56,010 bases of DNA from Phoronis australis. Its lineage: Eukaryota; Animalia; Phoronida. Where the stretch lies: contig NMRA01000514.1 in assembly GCA_002633005.1 (NCBI GenBank), positions 256,008 through 312,017 of the forward strand, read 5' to 3'. Position numbers and translations under genes: made by a program. This document shows, piece by piece, positions 48,821-56,010 of this stretch (position 1 is the stretch's first letter; each line of letters starts with the position of its first letter). The notes below the pieces were generated by a model. The model was given only the letters and a program-made list of their open reading frames with translations, searched no databases and was not told where the DNA came from.

Positions 48821-51800
48821 CTGCAATGAAAATGGTGACGTCACATAAAAAGTGTCACTTTTAAGAAAACTAGTTCTGTTGAGCTGTGAGAACACACAGA
48901 CACATACTAGTGTTGCCTTGTCCAAACTAAGTAAACCACTCTTCTTGTAAAAAGTCTACTCGCAACATTTACGCAGCTTGACATATCTGGTGCCTGTGCT
49001 GCCACCTTCGGTGTAGATACCAAACAGGGACATGGCCTGAAATACAGCTCAGCTACAGTAGGCCCCTTTGGCAAACAAAGACTGGGGGACTGCATGTGGT
49101 CTGCAGCAATTCTGTGAGGCTAATGACCACATACAATAGCGTCTCACACACTTTTTGACAAAATGCCAATTCAAAATATTGTTTTTGACAAAATGTTCTC
49201 GCAAAAGGTTTAATTTGGGAGGTGAAAATTTACAAAGAATTCAAAGGATTGTCACACAGCTACAGAATTCCAGAGGATTTTCAACATTTTTGCAATGTCT
49301 TGCTGAACTTGTAAAACTCAATTGAGATTATTTATTTTGTCAGTATGATGCATGTACATCTTATCGAACTGTCCTAGAATTCATTTGAAACGACTAATAA
49401 AAAACAGCGCCTACCGAAAGGTGACATCTGTGAAACTAAACTAAAAATGACCACACTTTTAAACATATTAATTACCGATTACTCCCCATGGTCGACAAGA
49501 AAACAATTCGTTTAATATTTTTCCTAATTACTTAAAAATCGCTTTATGTTCTCATTTTGCTTTGTCGACCTTATCATTGTAATACTGAATGCTGTCACTT
49601 AGGACATGTATCACACCTTTTGTAACACATCGGACTTCTTTCTAGCTTCAAATTTCCTTTTAGTGGTGATAATTATGTGCCGACTTTCAGTAATGAAACA
49701 AATCATTCCCAATAGAAAGCCACGTGCCTTGCTCTTTGACTGAAGTTTACATGCGCGAGAAGGAAAGAATTGAATCGAAGGAAATACCAGAATGTTCGAA
49801 ATAACGCAATGAATGCACTACCTGTAACTAGTGAATGGCCATACAGAAAATGCACTAGATATAACAGGTGAATGGCTATACAGACAATGCACTAGATATA
49901 ACCGGTGAATGGTTATACAGACAATGCACTAGATATAACCGGTAAATGGCTATACAGACAATGCACTAGATATAACCGGTGAATGGCAATACAGACAATG
50001 CACTAGATATAACCGGTGAATGGCTATACATACAATGCACTAGATATAACCGGTGAGTGGTTATACAGACAATGCACTACATATAACCGGTGAATGGCAA
50101 TACAGACAATGCAGTACTTATACCAGTGAATGGCTATACTGACAATGCACTACATCTATGCAGTGAATGGCAAACAGACAATGCACTACACATAACAGTG
50201 AATGGCTATACAGAAAACGCGCTACATTTAACCAGTGAATGTCAAGAACAAACTCCATGGGAAGTGAACGCTAAAGTTTACTCGAGGTTAAACTCCGGAT
50301 CCATTATTTAGGAATCCGGTGCATGCCACGCTTTGAGTAAACTGTCACCTTTCATGGCGTTTTCAGGTGCTGGCTTGTAAGTAAAGTTTGGTGGTTTAAT
50401 TTTTAAAACCATCAAAGCAAAATAGGGCTCGGTCCTTACTGCAAACAGTATATACCTTTGTTCCATTCCTTTTTAGCCTGCACCGGGCTCAAAACATAGT
50501 CGAAATACACCACCTGGCGGATTTCACCCACCATGTATAGACTCATGCAGCATTGCCTGTGAACATTTACAATTACGTATGCAAAATGGCAGAGCAGAGG
50601 TACACTAACACTACAAATCCCTTGTCTCAAAGATTTTAGCATTTCAATCATGGAGTATCCAGTGATTTTAATGTTCAACTATATTTGATTCTTTTCTCAA
50701 CAGAATGAATAATAGGAACTCTAAACATCTTATTTTTACCAATCAAGAAACCCTTCTCAACTCATATTTGCTTAATCATTTAATAAGTTATCCCCATGAA
50801 TGTATCTAACGCTAGGCTTAATTTGTTAACATACAGTTGGGCCCTCACGACTTTTCATTAATGCTGGAACGGCATGTGAATCGTTTATATTGACGCTCGT
50901 TTACTGGATATGCAGACTCTTTGCTTTCATCAATGAGAATATATGTGGATCCTCATCGTGTAGTCGACGCGTTGAATAACATTGAGTTGTGAATATAGGA
51001 TCACAAACACTCCATGGCAATGATAGCCTTTAGTGGAACAACTACACTGTATCTATAGTGACCATATCTAGTGTACACTGAATTTACACATTAAGTGACA
51101 TATATTGTTAGCAAATACCTCAAACAAAAAAAAAAACACAGCGGACGAATGCTCTCTTCGGTTTTGTTAATTTGCGCCTTTTTTGTGCAACTGATATTCC
51201 GGAATCAAGTTGACATATTTTACCTCAGTGTCTTACCTAAGTACACCTTATGGGCTGTATTGTCACTACTCATGGTGGGCGCTGGATCTGATTGGTTGTT
51301 TTGTTCAAGTTCACCATCCAAGTAAAATGTAAACCTGAAAAAACAGCTTGGTTGAAATTCACGGATCTTAAAGTCCCTATAAAATGAGCCAACTGCCTTT
51401 TAGATATGTTAAATACATGTACTTTTGTGCAACACATCTTTGTTTCGTTTTATTCCACACAACCACTAACTAATTACTACGCATTTTGTGCCCCCCATAT
51501 TATGTGCCCCCATCAGAAATCCCTTTTATTCTCTCGACGAATCACAGTAGACTGGCCTATTGACATCATCGTTGAGAACCAGCAACACATTACCGCGCTA
51601 ACCACAACCTGTAGTGAGCACCTGATCAGCTGCTGGGACAGTAAAAAACAAAGTAGTTTTGCTCAAGGAACGTCACCAATTAGAAACATCGCCGACGTTA
51701 GGCATCAATGTCGACTGATAATGCAATATTACTAAGCAAAACAATGGTGTCAGGCAAAGCACCCTTCGAACCGAACAGCGGCGTAGATCTCGGATAGGGT

Positions 51801-54800
51801 CTGCCATCGATTCACTCACGACCCACGACGAACCAATTTTCGAAGTATTTGCACCCACGTAAAAGGTCCTACAACAGCTACGTTTCGTACTGAATCTGAC
51901 AACGGCAAACTTACCGAACTCTGTGGTGGAAAAAATACTTATTTTTCACGTAAGATGTCTTGATTATCCACTAACAATATCCTCGGCAATAAATCACCGC
52001 GACATGGTCGGTACCATTTTATGCGATCGTGGCTCAGAAATGTCGTCAATTAACGGTGTGGGTGAATGTAGCCTACGTCTCTTTTTTATCGCGAAAAAAA
52101 CAAACGTAAAGATGACAACCCTTGGCTGTTACTTGCCAAACGACGGTCACAACTTGTCTTGCATCAGAATGAAAGTAAGTCGACAACAAATTCTCAAGCC
52201 CTCTTTTCTGGGACAGCACGCGCGACATATATATGAGTCATCTGTCACTCACGTGTTGCAGCCAATGTATCACGTACTCCAGCGGTGAGAACGTAGAGGT
52301 GCACACCTCCCAAGTCGCACATCAAAAGAGTACGGCGGCCGTTCTAAATAAAATATTGCACTGGCTTGGCTCGATTAAGTGCTTGGGTGTTGCATATACT
52401 CGAATGCACGTGACCATAAGATGAGCGCTGATTCAACTTGAGTTTTGTGGCACATTCTTTGAAATCTAACATCGGCCGGGAAAGGGTGCACTTATAAACC
52501 CCGCACGTGAACGTCAGGCAATACGGCTTTGGGTACACTTTGGAGGCACGCACTGAAAAAAGTGTGCAGTCAGCATGTCGATGGGTTGTGCTATGACGGG
52601 AACGGCGTATTTCCCTGACTTCAAAGTATAAAATGCCTTGTGCAATTGGTCTTTCAAATCGAACACTAGTTTAAATATGACAACCTATTCGCAGCGCTAA
52701 CTTTGTCCTTTGTGCTCAATATTTTGTTTCCACCTCAATCGCACTTAGATTTTCCTGCAGGTCTCACTAATCGGCGTGCAGATAGCTGCGTCGGTTACGG
52801 GTTAAGTTTCGTATGCCTTGTGTAAAATGCCTTTGTCTTCAAATGACGGTCCGTAGCGAGTTCCGTGACAATTGGCCGGTAAGTTTCCCCTTCTGTTTCA
52901 CTTTACTCGTATTCCTCTGGCTTGAACATACACGGCGCTAATCCATCCAAACGTTGTTCCTACATTTTCTTAATCTTCCATTTCGCAGTACTTTTCATTG
53001 AACGTCCGTCCATTGCAAGGTATTAGGCCTTTACTTTTCTAACCCAAGTGCGAAAAGTCTCGGGTCATTCTTTTTCATCGTGCTGCGAGTGAGCTTTTCG
53101 CTTCGTTAAGATGTGTAACGCCGACTTACTCCCCGACATAATCCCGTAATTATCACGGAGCGACTACAAACAAATTTAATTCTCCGGTACACGCATTCCG
53201 CCAGGATGTCGCCGTGGGTCCGACAAATCTCCATTCATTGCAAACCTGTCCCCCAATGCACGCAGGGACCCTGCTTGTTAAATCTGTTCGTTAAACCCGG
53301 ACGTCTTTGTGAATAAGTATTTGATGTTAGACTGAGTATGTGGTCCCCACCGAGAACGCGCTACTGTCTTTGGCGACGTTAACTATCAAGGGACAGTGAG
53401 TTGTAGGATATTATATGCACGTGGAAGTGTCGAGATAAGTGTCGTATAGTATTTGAGCTTGGTTGTCTATAACAGTTTTAATTTTGAAAATCTATGCACC
53501 AGACACCGTAAGGTAAGCTTCCTGCGGCAACGGACTGTTCGATAGGTATTGGGTATCAACGATGACGTCATTTGCGTCGATTAGAACGAGCGCCACCTAA
53601 AGTTTTTTTTCGGCGCTAAATGGGGTTCATGATGGGGTCGTACGATAGTAATTGGCGTAATTAGCTAATGCCAGGAGTAAAGGGAGGGATGATATGTTTG
53701 TTTCGATCAATGATACAGATATTTAACATGTTCAAAAGTCATTTGGCCGTTATGTAGGGTCTTTAACGACTAGTTTAGCCTGTAATATTACGCAACCACC
53801 GATACTCGTGTCCTCTATTGGCAAAGACGTGGTACTAAATTTTCCGATATGGCCCAATGTCACCAAACTCGAACCTTCGTAGGAGACGAAAGATAAGTGT
53901 ATAGAAGCGCTGTTGGTCGTATAAAAACAATTAATGACCGATTCTTTGGAGGTATTTGGTCTCGGGCAGTTTTCTCACCCTTGGCCACCCTGCTAGCACG
54001 CTAGGGGTTGGCCCACATTTGCACATCATTTTTCAATCAAGTTGTCTATTTACATCAAAATCTACCCTATTTATATTGCCAATGTGTTTGTAAATGCACC
54101 ATTAGATTTTAAATAGGAAATTACATCATCACCTCAAAGTCGTTTTAGGAAGACAAAGTTGTATACTTTGCAGTAGGTTAGTTTAATCATGAGTTATGCG
54201 CAAAATTTAAGAGGCCTGGAACACGATAAACAGACTTAATTGCTATTTTGAAAGTGATTTTTTTGACACCGGAAACAGAATTCAATCTGCTCATATGGTA
54301 TTTTTAGGGTTTGTAAGTAGATGTTTTATTTCTGTAAATATCAAAGCATTTGATTTTAGTTTCAAATTAATAAAAAATCTGTTAACTGCTCGTCACTTTG
54401 TTTTCATTTGTTATGGCAAGTTATAGACGTAACACATTTCCCTTAAATCAGTGTTGTGTGGATGAGTGACACTAATTGTTTTGTCCTGGTCTTTAGGACA
54501 TTGATTGAAAGTCTTACTACTGTGACACGTGGTTTGGAGTTGATGGTGGTGGAGGATAACATGTAGGTAGAGTAAAATAATCCGACCTTACATGAGGCTC
54601 TATTGGGCAATAACACGCTGATTTCTTTGAAATGGTGAGTAAATGACGAAAACAGAACTTAATAATACATTAATTCCATCGTGAACTTACGCGGGGTTGT
54701 TTGGATTCCATTAGGGTGTTTTTATTGCCCGTATGTCGGCTTTGCTTGTCGGCCAATTCAGGCCATTTAAATGGCCTGGAAGATTGAGCACGGGTCGGTA

Positions 54801-55601
54801 AAGAATTTTTTTCGACAATGCTGAATTGTAAAATAGCAGCCTTTCGAAACTCTGGTTACTTTTCGTAAGATATAAGTTGAAACAGCTCTGAAAGTTTCGA
54901 CATGGGAGACGCAGGTGATTTGATTTGTTTAGTCAACCTATATACAAAGTCAAGATAGTGCCCGAATTCGTGAACGTGAGTATGTAAAAATGAAAACACG
55001 ACAAAATCTACCGTTTTGTAACATATGCGTTAATAATCACTTCACTCACTAAAGGTTTTGCTTCCTGTATGTTTCCGAAACCGGCAAAACCCTGAACAAT
55101 TGACGGCAGAACTGTTATTGATGAATGCCAGTATACAGGTGACAACACAACTGTTGTAGTGTTAAGTCGACGGAAACTACGTGTAGCTGTGAGCAACAGT
55201 AAGCTTATAATTGCCCAGAGTGAGCTGTTTATAAAATTCCATTAAAACGCATACATTTCCAAGTTGTACTTGTCATTACCTGCTAGTGGCAGCATCGAAT
55301 GTAAAAACAGCGTGGTGCTCACACCCGTCGGCGACAGGAGTTTGGCCCTCTGAAACGTCATGCAAATAGAATACTGAAATGTATAGCTGACGACACTGCC
55401 CCACACATACATACAATGTCCCAATATTAAACAGTGTACTAGACATATGAAAATGCATCCAGTAAATTCGTCTTAGCACGTGGAACAAACGCTAACAAAA
55501 GGCATACCACTTACCCACCGAGCCCACCCCTTCAGCTTCATGGTATAGCTTCCCGTTTTTAAGACCAAACTGTTTGGCTTGGTGGGTCCACGAACCTCCA
55601 G
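48366..55601 (-). CDS. LamG/ConA-like domain + EAR (EPTP) repeat protein, TSPEAR-like domain content, 3' part (exons 55515-55601, 55280-55349, 51224-51334, 50456-50556, 48366-48820)
   Basis: Phases match (1,2,2,1) and give one frame: ...GLKNGKLYH..VADGCEHHAVFTFD..FTFYLDGEL..KVYLG..YMVGEIRQVVYFDYVLS (LamG-like), then three EAR-like repeats ending IFKWN, IYKR and LYKWT*. Confidence 0.85.
49820..50240. repeat. Intronic minisatellite, ~37-bp unit (GTGAATGGCTATACAGACAATGCACTAGATATAACCG), about 11 copies
   Basis: Directly adjacent tandem units, degenerating towards both ends; no spacers. Confidence 0.93.
50456..50556 (-). CDS. LamG-EAR gene exon (QCCMSLYMVGEIRQVVYFDYVLSPVQAKKEWNK)
   Basis: ttcacag| acceptor, |gtatat donor, phase 2/1. 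Confidence 0.82.
51224..51334 (-). CDS. LamG-EAR gene exon (FTFYLDGELEQNNQSDPAPTMSSDNTAHKVYLGKTL)
   Basis: ttttttcag| acceptor, |gtaaaa donor, phase 2/2. Confidence 0.82.
55280..55349 (-). CDS. LamG-EAR gene exon (EGQTPVADGCEHHAVFTFDAATS)
   Basis: tttcag| acceptor, |gtaatg donor, phase 1/2; resembles the DGxWHH motif. Confidence 0.82.
55515..55601 (-). CDS. LamG-EAR gene exon (GGSWTHQAKQFGLKNGKLYHEAEGVGSV)
   Basis: aaacag| acceptor, |gtaagt donor, phase 1/1. Confidence 0.78.
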
Positions 55602-56010
55602 CTGTTTGCAAAACATTGAAAGTCATATAAATTCAATGAATAACACTTTTAAAATATCAATATCAGTTTGCGTACATCGACGTGCGTTTTCTAGGTGGGG
55701 ATGAACATGCTGCAAGTTTCACCATAGCAAATCCCATTGGTATGAGTAACACAGCGAGCTGGACAAGAACTGGTTGGGTCTTGACATTTTCTAAGGTTTG
55801 GTTTTGTTCACATTGACAAGCAATTCCGCGGTGTAGATCGCTCTTATGGCCTAGAATACACTGTATAGGGTACTGTTAGTGACACCCATTGCCTACAGTC
55901 CTCTTGCAAATGACCTATAAACTACGTGTGAATGACTGTATGACCTATAACTGACATGTACACGACACCCATGAAATTTGCCTAACACCATAAACGGTCA
56001 CATATTTTGC

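Noticed and set aside
48826-49095. ORFs 48907..49095 and 48584..48925 as a frameshifted N-terminus of the EAR protein
   Set aside because: Splicing 50456 to 48820 explains the frame; this stretch is intronic
49820-50240. 37-bp repeats of CRISPR-like length
   Set aside because: Units are directly adjacent with no unique spacers, there are no cas genes, and the context is a eukaryotic intron: a minisatellite

Overview
AT-rich, intron-rich animal genomic DNA, not prokaryotic. Style and gene content suggest a marine invertebrate (inference only). Almost all ORFs in the supplied track are spurious; real coding sequence lies in short spliced exons, which I assembled by hand using GT-AG sites and phase matching. 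(1) 506-5456 (+): six internal exons of the NMD factor SMG7, ending at an (AGT)n tract and a 545-N gap. (2) ~11.8-24.4 kb (-), possibly to 32.7 kb: an ankyrin-repeat locus of thirteen 99-bp, phase-0 exons with one repeat each, most in recently duplicated ~475-bp exon+intron cassettes. Exon differences concentrate in non-synonymous changes at the ligand-binding positions while introns stay nearly identical, and some cassettes have dead splice sites. This candidate diversifying recognition-protein system is the main finding. (3) 48366-55601 (-): the last five exons of a LamG-like + EAR/EPTP-repeat gene. The rest is a ~5-kb tandem segmental duplication, a ~1-kb direct duplication, minisatellites, MITEs and decayed transposon-like sequence.
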